DNA of 64,000 nt from Candidatus Moraniibacteriota bacterium (GTDB taxonomy: Bacteria > Patescibacteriota > Minisyncoccia > Moranbacterales > JAPLXC01), in the NCBI GenBank assembly GCA_026396275.1, contig JAPLXC010000002.1:74922-138921 (forward strand), read 5' to 3'. Made by a program: the position numbers and the translations under genes. Of this stretch, positions 48,701 through 54,878 are shown in pieces. The notes below the pieces were generated by a model. The model was not told where the DNA came from, ran no database searches, and was given only the letters and a program-made list of their open reading frames with translations. The number at the start of each line of letters is the position of its first letter. Position 1 is the stretch's first letter.

Positions 48701-49200
48701 GGGTTATCGGAGAGTATGTGAAAACAAATAGTCCGGCTTTGTTAGGCAGCAATGACAATCAGGAAAAAGTCGAGGGAGCGAGCATCGGCGATACCGGAGA
48801 GGCGGCAATCAGACAGACAAATATGGAGTTTTACGGTGTTTACGAAAATCCGTCTTATACGGAAAAAATAATCGCTCGGGCTTATCCGGGAGAAATCTAT
48901 TCTTTTTCAGAAATTCTGGGCGGCTGGTACAAAATAATCCTCAAAGATAAAAAAGAAGGCTGGATCCTGGGCGAGTATATTGAGCCGGCCGGCAATTTGG
49001 AAAACCGGGAATTCGTGAAAATTATTCCCAATGACAGCTCTTATGTTAATATCAGGGAGATTCCCTCTCAATCAGGGAAAGTTGTCAAGAAAATTTATGT
49101 TAGCAACCAGTTTGAAAAACTTGAAGAAAAAGATGGTTGGGTTAAAATAGAACTTTTGGACGGAAGTTTTGGGTGGGTATCAAACCAATTCGCTAAATAA
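36742..49200 (+). CDS. giant (4152-aa) membrane-anchored surface protein. Order: N-terminal TM; Thr/Ser/Gly/Asn-rich beta regions; two LamG/ConA-like lectin domains; PbH1 parallel beta-helix repeats; three ~140-aa DVW-motif super-repeats; a coiled-coil; two TM helices; four C-terminal SH3b domains.
   Basis: A continuous 12.46-kb ORF. TM at aa 27-49. LamG-like regions ...WYWIKANVTG...IADFDDVSV and ...DGSIDEFAIFD. Beta-helix NSEFYNNGVTGAG...ADNIFSINTNGIRLYGNSFFTMNDNIFEGH. Tandem repeats AADVW..R.LT. TM helices at about aa 3614 and 3745. SH3b copies TGWLNVRE...WY(R/K)I(V/I)LKDKKEGWV. Confidence 0.8.
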   Translation: MLKEKCEKIYGKIKNWAIIVRDSSRRHFPLVLAIIFLTPAFILLFLFVNSQLHKQSSYAATFTGKVKVSKQTTTLSTSGDWYTSMAHSGDGVNGDAESGTFNPIHPGQGAGTEPGAGGIAMGHVAMGATTTYAAAQFIGFKPSATGNLDGVQLVFENLTSTNLSNVDLVVEFVRFPSATYSGGWTNYVTGTQGAYTYPSDTQVLRRTVWQFNQELSGENAAPGQFGRATFDFRFDPPVAVTTGGGAGDHYGIRIINMGASTPVFGTWAQAPQSNGFPSINGTIRTIGFNDLDTTNAPTVTMPVVLGGNTVLTTGAMVAANSVPGIGLPTVRRTENEHWTATYSSANGNWTVAGSVSGTQTNKLTTSTNGGTGASWLNDSAVYTTLTSDITGTTNKLCVDSITGFAANQYIDVWDSDTASAQFTILSVNSSDGSCPLSGPSITTTANLTNTNNYTQSKNATVARTTWKQRIIQGAIQVFTQDMPSTTKICVADSSRFSAPTAGTANNIVVWDNNTTTINTNRVVSTSQADGSCTSNNSITISTAITAGTYTTAQSAYVAEYSAHLSNSAAPSNGAVLRWTTFNHPQNPTNSTLLARTTSVNLAYAKSQSPATSSTNYPYLSNRHIFFVAYGDADTTAPADGDIVIVGNGKSDPDSGDSSNLTSDINWATKESHVVTIDRSWDAPMAYSGTNAAAVGDGAGSRANFAAWSQNGGWVSALVTPSSQLGIDNSTNKHYRITIPGKIVVDSDASVALGKSGAAIPESSGHDIYFDTVSPAASTLLTVDSAATTTLTVASTTNFMPGDTIVLDDNNSVPITRIIAAVENSTTITLTAAAVTGYTVAQSAFIAKGPTTELPTGSDRRAGIYTMTGLNGASTPAQSNTRTGRVALYADGSEDFRTSKSDLAVDVDGNIDTGYLGNNSTDAGNTWVDVEDDVVGNWQPLDQVAVAGGTNQLADNNYSSTELGGTDDANQMPVWTGATTKVDAGAGGRNALPTPNMEVAEIGTIPMTNIYNSDYNGGSPLYSSNYNNSSSLTIFNDGANTEVNDAVYFGDQGSNMPYALEFNIGTAMVASADYVWEYYKSGVGWTEFTPRDAYLYQTRTGVTLPLSVDTVNNSLAITLAEGGTVFGLDQIVMIDDNDSDPIYRRLGTSAPTATTLTFSEPVPSGYTVAQGATVTRLNGGQWQSMDPTGIFTSGTGRRIISWTPTNLNGTPAKTTVNGVSAYWVRARISSFTSWTTSPTNQTTPVGMGGIERMSSGVFNVSSGVQEAKVSEVTAGSSFDPNETYILEYGNSPSWTQVLPIVPSAPYTWHINSTGMLSQNTATADFHTANGDLSWGNYTVTAKVQMRTANDATSRKIGVVLRNSLDGNGYGALIEKTSSQQRVGLYPMALGAEGTVFANTTKAFSENSWYWIKANVTGTGASTVLSAKFWADGSGEPGSWDVTYTTTAGQGLWNTGKIGLFADAMIADFDDVSVDNGSVVFSDSFTSTGTWKLKGSINGDLGTITPGTPFTSNYINFTLKHKGGWNGTINPEIGDKIYISPTSTRSYKGLSGTGSSAITTSDTNTVYENVDFEWNPGSSNYTVTGSATGAMGTATPGSAYTATGGKIGLTIPSGSPTATKFGNRMLLLQDNLRRNTGSWVGNNGLGSAALVWPSYTLTSSAITPRYNIEGVSGTATARQNGTIDFWFKANYSGSPSSATHPKGMYLVDYANQGNSERLFIRHTNDGYLEAAVFGGATQNTLLRKSFSATAGQWYHFRLAWDETLNTKRAWLDETAFTSGEGQASTVGTRGANAGIIRIGNTWTYDAPFDGSIDEFAIFDDAIDTSDACDWGVSVGIPIPSAAWTNGQTAGCDDADSNIGTNIFRASFDQTMNPQEGSIMADYAFGNPAMIFTNGADTGNERIRIVTYPQRTRVWVDNTGEKYTPSARIKFGSGYEENATLATLAGWSHNYTYHHKAVRQSSSSPTYSPVLNLKRNTHIWSVEPITQNGATMGAPINAGMGYGMGTIGLSGLGTINFSDVSMENQYTNFAIVTNPFTFLAAKPAQTISNSVFYNFYDRAYTIASKTQGTNYVGAYFVTTHFAAANIGSGYNASLSQNVGIDGSIFMGNRNAYVTVPPVAANGAASFFSGRLYTVQNSEFYNNGVTGAGTSGALNFSSGVAKVTIADNIFSINTNGIRLYGNSFFTMNDNIFEGHVADDVTTLGANYGAGIRVAQTSSSVAIVDTDSIFGRGLWNEADVGLPPNTGTFEAESLIQFTGEGSQLRSPILFGTADYDNMPRVADHYLGSTIPGTDIRGTHSTNEKNIINATTFGYMRTTGAGLPDTLLRTSGGYGWRLEPINADIGLDYTAKLVGVADKPLAATGYLRINSNYGTTNLPTVTLSGLGMTGANLTWTAEPTADEWQQFVVSGTPTESALAELKISTKLDYVVSDSGTSEIVSNATGNYLPALVEDVDKSWTPNQWVGYKFKDANGKVFDIVKNTSQILYLKGTVVPHLLSTTFAALTPGDYVIYNEPYVYLDDVSVLSGTVDTGTLDFHSSGQPVSPWLATGLTAEGVWNAQFSTFSDSAGSFGQLLGDALVAQYADVSDLSPTTTEFDTSLSSTTDDFYLNGAIIFTEGQNKGAVRRISDYTGASKTITVDPALSFAPADEDRFAILAATASSGGSGGGATAAEIWSYAIRRLTDSTLSGGGTLATQSYLDTMKADIIAEIDENEALISGLNDISAADVWSYANRSITDPDAIWEYALTSIGETGSVGKLIKDNLDATISSRGTSDLTAADVWTNATRTLTDYSTDAISLAVWQNATRTLTAYGNDITAADVWNVLSSSLTTVGSIGKQLAENVDVAVSSRASQASLDALNDISAADVWSYSNRTITDPDNIWEYALTSIGETGSVGKLIKDNLDATISSRGTSDLTAADVWLATERTLTSNANFNDPTTAQIATAVWGEANRTLTSYGNDITAADVWSILSSSLTTVGSIGKQLAENVDVATSTRASQSSVDALNDISASDVWTYATRTLTGEVALTSDSRKAIWDTACSILNTSGSVGKLVCDNLDAAVSSRSTLTAADVWSSATRTITNLENPALSAIANSVWSNATRELTAYGNDITAQDVWDVLTSSMTTIDSIGELLITNVDEEISSRSSQSSLDDVSTNVSDIESNVDVPVSTRSSQASLDTHESSESTFRTNTTNTLSDISSDVGDIYINVVAIQSDLSSIDTKIDTLTTTLNSVDAKIDTLDTNIDSIKTTVEDTNIKVSAIQTVTNSILNKWGSYSAADIIGYVDALEDYVGTPDDEASAETLFGRIKEVKEATGSGGTIDLIYAQVQATHNKLLDVELELGYNGKTTSAYDDITAVKNYVDTVENSLATLDSRTSDISSSVSDISSDLKDVTDKIGKVSSDSFSQHFEIKKTDIDYLKNKVIELKAIAEIDRQLIERTISEPIVKVIMEWGSVVIKFIIVNPSDSTDQKIPFKAYLPKEVRQEYIIDLSGLSLNYDATTEQYYVTADIALKAGESVTRAVEIKDIWIISYDEIDSLRKQAEEMAVGLTDTFYNAQAITLKTDINTRLDKVARKQKDNNATPQDHILAYRENQEELKAINENLKGMKDLVLNSGTGKNFLASIGGIQTFATWGIVLILIFGMGALGFFYYALWRKKIVSDGKSETGGLPAGQKTDDMNPVQPVVTPGAPNQNIELPTPSPLALPGFNFSWAKKIVLGLVILSKDISSLIYSLFKKVAAKVASLPKKVLLVIGILVIVTAGTLAFVKYHDYQKEKSEKEKEIVLSVSQSQVPDEADEKKKKVLELVAEIDKKAGEKAEMNKKIDEIMKKDENPEDASQEEKIENKSEASKSSRLTVKDTPTGWLNVRESASTGGNVIGKVYPKESYNYIENQDNWYRIVLKDKKEGWVNGEYVQLEETVGGATTENNSGETPSVKAKENELTIKDTPTGWLNVREQPSASGALVAKIYPGEKYIYLESENGWYKIILKDKKEGWVIGEYVKTNSPALLGSNDNQEKVEGASIGDTGEAAIRQTNMEFYGVYENPSYTEKIIARAYPGEIYSFSEILGGWYKIILKDKKEGWILGEYIEPAGNLENREFVKIIPNDSSYVNIREIPSQSGKVVKKIYVSNQFEKLEEKDGWVKIELLDGSFGWVSNQFAK
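44870..46130 (+). repeat. three tandem near-identical repeats of about 420 bp inside the giant gene. Some stretches over 100 bp are 100% identical between copies.
   Basis: For example 44958-45070 and 45378-45490 are identical (cctcacttccatcggagaaaccggatcggttggaaaattaatcaaggacaatcttgatgccactatctccagccggggaaccagcgacttgacggcggccgatgtttgg). Confidence 0.85.
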
Positions 49201-49216
49201 TTATAAATATAAATTT

Positions 49217-50188
49217 ATGAAAAAGTTTTTTATTTTGCATCGGAAGCTTTGTTTCATTGTATTTTTTTTGATTATTTTTATGCCGGCTTCGGGTGTGGCT
49301 TTTCTGAATTCCTTAAAAATTTACAGTATGGAGAAAATTAATATTCAAGAACAGTCTATGTTTTTAGCAAAATTAACAGCAGTTCTTCAGGAACAAACTA
49401 TCAACGAAACTCGGGAATTTCTTTCCTTTTTGTCCAAGCTTCCGCAGTTGCAAGATTCTGAGTCTTCTAAATGCGATGAAATTTTGGCTAAGCTTTTAAA
49501 GCAGTATAAAGAATATACGAATATCACTTTGCTCGGGGCAGACGGAAATCTCATTTGCAGCGGACTTGAAAACGACCAATCAATCAATGTCGCTTATCAG
49601 CCCTATTTCCAGAGAATGCTCGAAGAACGGGATTTTATAACGGGGAAATATGTGGCTGGAACAATAAGTAATAAACCAATCATTCCTTTTATCCAGCCAA
49701 TTTTTAATTCTCAAGGTGAAATTAAAAGTGCTGTCGTGGCTTTTCGAGATTTATCGTGGCTTTATGATCTCAACAGCAAAATTTCTTTGCCTTACGGAAC
49801 ATCACTTTTGATTTTTGACGAAAACGGAGTAGTTTTAGATTGCTTTTCCGAAGAAAAAGATTGCGTTGGGAAAAATCTTAAAGGTAAATCTTTAGTGCGA
49901 AAGGCTATAGAAAATGGAAATGAAGGCGCGGTGTACGCCGAAGGATTAGATGAAAATGAAAAAATTTACCTGTTTATTTCTACTTCTCCCGACTCTTCTC
50001 AAGATAAAATTTATATAGCAGTGGGGAGAGAGGATGTATTGCCTTTTTCAGTTCTTTTTTCCAATCTTTTATTAAACTTTATTTTGCTTTTAGCCGTAGC
50101 CATTTTAGCCTGGTTGGTGGCTAAAAAAGAGTGTTCTTCCTGCAGTTATTATAATCCCCCAAGGGATGAAAAAGATTTGCATAGCTGA
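49217..50188 (+). CDS. Cache-like extracellular sensor domain protein with a C-terminal TM and no output domain
   Basis: Signal/TM, then a double-Cache-like fold (...AYQPYFQRMLEERDFITGKYVAGTISNKPIIPFIQPIF...), then TM LLLNFILLLAVAILAWLVA and an 18-aa tail. The start was moved from the track's 49169 to ATG 49217 to avoid overlap with the giant gene. Confidence 0.45.
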   Translation: MKKFFILHRKLCFIVFFLIIFMPASGVAFLNSLKIYSMEKINIQEQSMFLAKLTAVLQEQTINETREFLSFLSKLPQLQDSESSKCDEILAKLLKQYKEYTNITLLGADGNLICSGLENDQSINVAYQPYFQRMLEERDFITGKYVAGTISNKPIIPFIQPIFNSQGEIKSAVVAFRDLSWLYDLNSKISLPYGTSLLIFDENGVVLDCFSEEKDCVGKNLKGKSLVRKAIENGNEGAVYAEGLDENEKIYLFISTSPDSSQDKIYIAVGREDVLPFSVLFSNLLLNFILLLAVAILAWLVAKKECSSCSYYNPPRDEKDLHS

Positions 50189-50219
50189 TTTGTTTGCCTC
50201 GGTCAATTAGGAACTCATA

Positions 50220-50675
50220 TTATTTGAGTAAAAACATAACGGATTGATTATAGAAATAATGGATGAGCATCGCCAGAAGTGCGGCTGGAAAAATAAGGCG
50301 GCGGTTTTTTTGAGCAGAAAGCAGAATAATCAGAATAGTGAATATATGCAAGATTGAAGCCAAGAAAAATCTTTCAATAAAGATAGCGGGCGATCCATAA
50401 AGGATTGAATTGGAAAGGTAAAAAAAATTTTCTGAAAGAGCAAAGAAAAATCCCAGAAAAATAGTCAGCTTTATTTGAAATGATTTCCCGGGAATTGTTA
50501 GGATTAAAAAAACCATAGTGGCCTTAAACATTTCTTCTAGAATGTAAGGATAAGGAATAATTTTTTCAATAGGCAATAAAATAACTGGCGCGATTAAAGC
50601 TAAAATCGGCAACAGAAAAAAAAGATAAGAGACATCAGTTTTATTTTGATTATTATTTTTGAGAAATGGATTCAT
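50220..50675 (-). CDS. hypothetical integral membrane protein
   Basis: 151 aa with about 4 TM segments. Confidence 0.3.
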   Translation of the reverse strand: MNPFLKNNNQNKTDVSYLFFLLPILALIAPVILLPIEKIIPYPYILEEMFKATMVFLILTIPGKSFQIKLTIFLGFFFALSENFFYLSNSILYGSPAIFIERFFLASILHIFTILIILLSAQKNRRLIFPAALLAMLIHYFYNQSVMFLLK

Positions 50676-51588
50676 AAATAATTTTGGATAAGTTCGCTAT
50701 AAGCTCTTTAGCTTTGGGCACTTCCATGTCACGGGTCATTATGCAAATAAAATAAGTACTTTTGGGATGATAGACTATTCCACAATCAGAAAGTCCATCT
50801 GGTCTCTCGCCGTACTTATGCGCTATCTGAACTTCATAAGGAATGCCGGCAGAAAGCAGGTTTTCCATTTTTGTGTCAGTGGTAATTTCAAGCGCTTTAT
50901 CGGATAATTCCGGAGAAAGATAGGTCGAAAAATAGAGACTCTTGAAAAACCGCGTGTAACCGCGCGGTGTTACCAGTGAATCATTGGTTTGGGCGTAGGG
51001 ATTAGGGATACCGACATGAGCGAAAACCGAGTTTAACTCTGCGTCAGTCAGTTGTCTTTTTAAAACTTCCTTAGCTGTATTATCTGATGCAAGAATCATT
51101 TCTTCAATAAAATCCCAGACCGACATTTTATATCCGGTGCCTTTTTTGTATAATTCGCCGGAATTTTTATCCAAATCGTCCGGAGTAATTTCTAAAATAG
51201 TATTAAGAGATAATTCATTAAGATCAATTTGTCTTAAGACAGCTAGCATAATAGGAATTTTTAAAAGACTGGCCGGATTAAATCCTTCCCTTTCATTTAT
51301 TCCCAGCCAAGCGCCTGTTCGGCTGTCTTGCAAAAAAATCCCAATGTTTTTTTGAGCATCAAAATTGTTAATTTCTTGCTCAAGTTGGGGTTTTAAGCCA
51401 TTAAAATGCAAAATCGCATTTCCTTCTTGAATATTGGAATCTATAAACTGTTTTTGGTTATCACTTATCATTTTAAACAGTTTGGTTGTGTTTTTCGCGG
51501 GTTCTTCTTTGAAAGATAGCTTGAAAACAAAAAAGACATTAATTAGCAATGAAACGGTCAAAAAAATATAGATGATTTTTTTACGCAT
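50653..51588 (-). CDS. class A beta-lactamase-like / PBP-like serine hydrolase (secreted)
   Basis: N-terminal TM/signal. SxxK (ASLLK), SDN and an H-KYG (KTG-like) motif in the expected order. Confidence 0.55.
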   Translation of the reverse strand: MRKKIIYIFLTVSLLINVFFVFKLSFKEEPAKNTTKLFKMISDNQKQFIDSNIQEGNAILHFNGLKPQLEQEINNFDAQKNIGIFLQDSRTGAWLGINEREGFNPASLLKIPIMLAVLRQIDLNELSLNTILEITPDDLDKNSGELYKKGTGYKMSVWDFIEEMILASDNTAKEVLKRQLTDAELNSVFAHVGIPNPYAQTNDSLVTPRGYTRFFKSLYFSTYLSPELSDKALEITTDTKMENLLSAGIPYEVQIAHKYGERPDGLSDCGIVYHPKSTYFICIMTRDMEVPKAKELIANLSKIIYESISQK

Positions 51589-51978
51589 TTTTTTGGATAA
51601 TTAACATTAGTGACAGTATAGCATTTTTTTAAAATGCACTCTACAAAAAGCTGGGCATGTATCCCATCCTAAAAATCCGTGGTTTTGATTGCCAAACAAC
51701 TAAAAGGTATTTATATTTGTCTAAGTGTGGACGCACGGGTGGGATATTGGGGCAAACACGCTTTCCTTTTTATATAAAGTCGTAGCATTGCTTCCGCCGT
51801 TCCGATTTCTTAGAACGCAAATTTCTTCAAAATTCGCGGGCGGAAGCTAAGCTAAATTTTGGAAAAAAGTTCAAGCGCAGCACTTCCTATTTCAACCGCC
51901 TGGCGCTTTTCACAAAAAGCCAAACGCTAGAAGCTTTTCTGTCAAAGCTTAGCTTCGACAGAACTTTCCTTCCTGAGG

Positions 51979-52977
51979 TCAAGCCCTGAGAAGTTTTGTT
52001 CTTCTTCTCCTCGCATGAAACGCCTGATGCACTTCTTTGAGCTGTTGATTGGTTACATGGGTGTAAATTTGCGTTGTCGTAATAGAAGAATGCCCCAGCA
52101 TCGCCTGGACGCTTCTGATATCGGCACCGCTGGCCAGAAGATCAGTCGCAAAACTGTGGCGCAAAGTGTGGGGATGAACGTCTTTAACAAGACCGGCTTT
52201 GGCAGCGTAAAACTTCACAATTCTTTGGACGGAGCGGGGAGTAATTCTTAGAGAAGAGTCGCTTTTTTTATTGTCATTCCGGACTTGATCCGGAATCTCT
52301 TTAGATCCTGAATCAAGTTCAGGATGACATTTGCGATGGATTTTTTTGGCGATTCGCACGAATAGCGCCGGATCAATATCCATTCTTTTATTTAAATATT
52401 TTTCCAATGCCTTTTTAGCAGTGTCGGAGACAAAAACAATCCGGATTTTTCCTCCTTTACCCCGAACGCTGAATTCCTGTTTGGCCAAATTTATCTGGTC
52501 GCGATTGATGTTCACCAGTTCCGAAACGCGAAGTCCGGCTGAAAAAAGAAGTTCCAAAATCGCCCGGTCGCGCAGCGTTTTCAAATCATCTCCGGAAGCA
52601 CTTTCCAGGAGGCGGTCCAGTTCATCGGCTTCCAGAAACTCAACGGCCTGAACCGGATTTTTTCCCACTTCTATTTTTTCCGGCTGAAGCGCCTCAATGT
52701 CGCGTTTGGCCAGATATTTCAAAAAGTTGCGAAGAGCAATGACATGGTAATTCTGGGTGATTTTTTTAAGTTCTTTACCCTTCTTGTCTTGGTAGCGGTT
52801 AAGACGCAAACGGTATTTTCTCACCAGATCATCCGTGATTTCCCCGGGGCTGGTAACTCCGGCCCAATTCAAAAACCGCTCGAGATAATGCCGGTAGTTT
52901 TCAATCGTTTTAGGGGACCGGCCGCGCTCAATTTCGAGATATTCCAGGAAATCTTTGAGAAGACCGTTTAAATCCAT
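51979..52977 (-). CDS. xerC: tyrosine site-specific recombinase, XerC/XerD-like, carrying an in-frame MITE insertion
   Basis: Core-binding N-domain; catalytic R...HPHTLRHSFAT...LGHSSITTTQIYTHV (Tyr). An extra segment ...CHPELDSGSKEIPDQVRNDNKKSDS... corresponds to MITE copy 4. Confidence 0.8.
   Translation of the reverse strand: MDLNGLLKDFLEYLEIERGRSPKTIENYRHYLERFLNWAGVTSPGEITDDLVRKYRLRLNRYQDKKGKELKKITQNYHVIALRNFLKYLAKRDIEALQPEKIEVGKNPVQAVEFLEADELDRLLESASGDDLKTLRDRAILELLFSAGLRVSELVNINRDQINLAKQEFSVRGKGGKIRIVFVSDTAKKALEKYLNKRMDIDPALFVRIAKKIHRKCHPELDSGSKEIPDQVRNDNKKSDSSLRITPRSVQRIVKFYAAKAGLVKDVHPHTLRHSFATDLLASGADIRSVQAMLGHSSITTTQIYTHVTNQQLKEVHQAFHARRRRTKLLRA
52272..52329. mobile_element. MITE-like element (TGTCATYC...GRATGACA family), copy 4, in-frame inside xerC/D
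   Basis: tgtcattccggacttgatccggaatc...cctgaatcaagttcaggatgaca. Confidence 0.55.
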
Positions 52978-53283
52978 TTTGCCTTAAATCAAAAATCAAA
53001 TATCAAAAATCAAAATTAAGGTATCGCTTTGCGATAGATATTTATTATGGAAAAGTCGTGAGCGTAGCGCCTGCCTGTCGGCAGACAGGAACACCAAAAT
53101 TTTGAATTTTACACTTTGATTTTTAATTTTTTACGTCGTACAACCCAATTGTCACTTTCTAGTGCATTCTATCACAGTCCTGTTCTTAGAGAAAGAGAGA
53201 AAAAAGTCCCGCGCGGGCACTGTATCACCTTTTGCCCTACCTAAGCCGCCAAACAAAAGAAGAAAAACTTGTAAATTTCTCGG

Positions 53284-53312
53284 TTGACAAACCCGAGAGT
53301 ATTTCCTATACT
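53284..53312 (+). promoter_or_regulatory. sigma70-like promoter for the LysM-CHAP gene
   Basis: TTGACA, 17-nt spacer, TATACT. Flanked by AGCGTTAG / CTAACGCT repeats. Confidence 0.5.
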
Positions 53313-53395
53313 AGATAGCGTTAAAAATTAGAGCGTTAGCCGATGAGCCGAGTACCGGCAATTTTGGTTGATGTTGCTTCGGAAGCTAACGCTAA

Positions 53396-54601
53396 TTGGA
53401 AGGATCAAATTCTATTAGTAAACAATTGTTGGTATCACGCTTTCCGTTTCTGGGACGCTTGCGGCTGAAAAATATCCACACAAAAGTTTACAAATATCAG
53501 CGGGATCTGGCCGACTTTATCAAAAAACGCAGGACCGTCAAATTGCTTCATCTGCTCCGCAATTATTCGGCGCTGGTGGTAGTAATTTCCAGCGCCATAC
53601 TTGTCGCGGCGACCAATGTGGCAGCTAGCAAAGGTTCAGGCGGTTTTTTGTTTGGCTCCGGGAGCGGAGACGAAGAGCAACTTATAGCTGTCAGCAAAAA
53701 AATTGACGCCCAGTCAAGCCGCAAGAGTAATCTGGCCCTTGTCCCCTTGGCTAAATCCGGCATAGCGGTTGATCCGGATGCGAAAGACGATTTTGAATCC
53801 GAGGCCATTAATCCCATCCAGGGCCAGGTAATGATGGTTAGCGTCAATACCTCACTTAGAGATCCCGAGGAAGAGGGGGGAGTGGAAATTTACACAGTGC
53901 GCACGGGAGACACGGTGAGCGCCATCGCGGCCCGCAACAGCATTACTGTCAACACGATTCTTTGGGCCAATGATATTGATAACGTTGACTCCATTATGCC
54001 GGGAGATAAAATTTTCATTCTTCCGGTCGCCGGCGTCGGTCATACCGTGAAAAGTGGAGACACTCTGGATTCTATTGCGAAGAAATATAAAGCGGATAAA
54101 GAAAAGATTATTACTTTCAACGGCCTTCCGGCCGATGGAACAATCCGGGAAGGCGACGAGATTATTATTCCTGGCGGGCAAAAGGAAGTTCCCCAAAGTC
54201 CTGGAACAGCCAGTGGCCTTCTTCGGCAGTACGCCACTCCTTTGGGCGGCACTCCGCTTATTTCCGGCTGGAGAAAGCTGGATGGAAGAGCGGGAGCGGG
54301 GCACAGATTTCCTTATGGATATTGTACCTGGTATGTTTCCCAGCGGCGCTTTATTCCCTGGGGCGGAAATGCCGGGGCTTGGCTTTATAACGCCAAAGCC
54401 GGCGGTTATCAAACCAGCAAGGCCCCCCGAGTGGGAGCAATTATCGTCACTGCCGAATCCTGGTGGGGACATGTCGGGATAGTGGAAAAAGTAAGCGGCG
54501 GATCAGTCACTATTTCGGAGATGAATTACAATCGATGGGGAAAAGTGAACAAACGGACACTGGCGACTTCCAGTCGAGTGATAAAAGGATATATTTATTA
54601 A
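53396..54601 (+). CDS. secreted peptidoglycan hydrolase: two LysM domains plus a C-terminal CHAP amidase/peptidase
   Basis: LysM motifs (YTVRTGDTVSAIAARNSITVNTILWAN; HTVKSGDTLDSIAKKY). CHAP catalytic Cys (GYCTWYV) and His (WGHVGIV). Confidence 0.75.
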   Translation: MEGSNSISKQLLVSRFPFLGRLRLKNIHTKVYKYQRDLADFIKKRRTVKLLHLLRNYSALVVVISSAILVAATNVAASKGSGGFLFGSGSGDEEQLIAVSKKIDAQSSRKSNLALVPLAKSGIAVDPDAKDDFESEAINPIQGQVMMVSVNTSLRDPEEEGGVEIYTVRTGDTVSAIAARNSITVNTILWANDIDNVDSIMPGDKIFILPVAGVGHTVKSGDTLDSIAKKYKADKEKIITFNGLPADGTIREGDEIIIPGGQKEVPQSPGTASGLLRQYATPLGGTPLISGWRKLDGRAGAGHRFPYGYCTWYVSQRRFIPWGGNAGAWLYNAKAGGYQTSKAPRVGAIIVTAESWWGHVGIVEKVSGGSVTISEMNYNRWGKVNKRTLATSSRVIKGYIY

Positions 54602-54878
54602 CTGACAACTTTACAACTGACAACTGATAACTGATGACGAAAAACTAGCAACAAGACGGCTCGCTGAAAATCGGGCTGTTTTTATTGCATTTTTTATTCT
54701 TTCTGTTATATTAAGGGCAGAAAATTGTAGTACCTTTTAGAGCGTTAGGATTGACAAAACAAGAAATTTGAACTTTAATAGAGCATCAAGATCTTTAACA
54801 ATCTATAAGTTAGCTATTTTCGAAAGAGAAACACTTAAAAAAACAGCCAATATTTTGGCGGAAAACAAGGAGGGAAAG

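Noticed and set aside
54601-54640. Tandem 7-mer CAACTGA / TGACAAC repeats after the LysM-CHAP gene
   Set aside because: Only about 4-5 imperfect units. It is likely a simple microsatellite in the 3' UTR, and no larger pattern was found.
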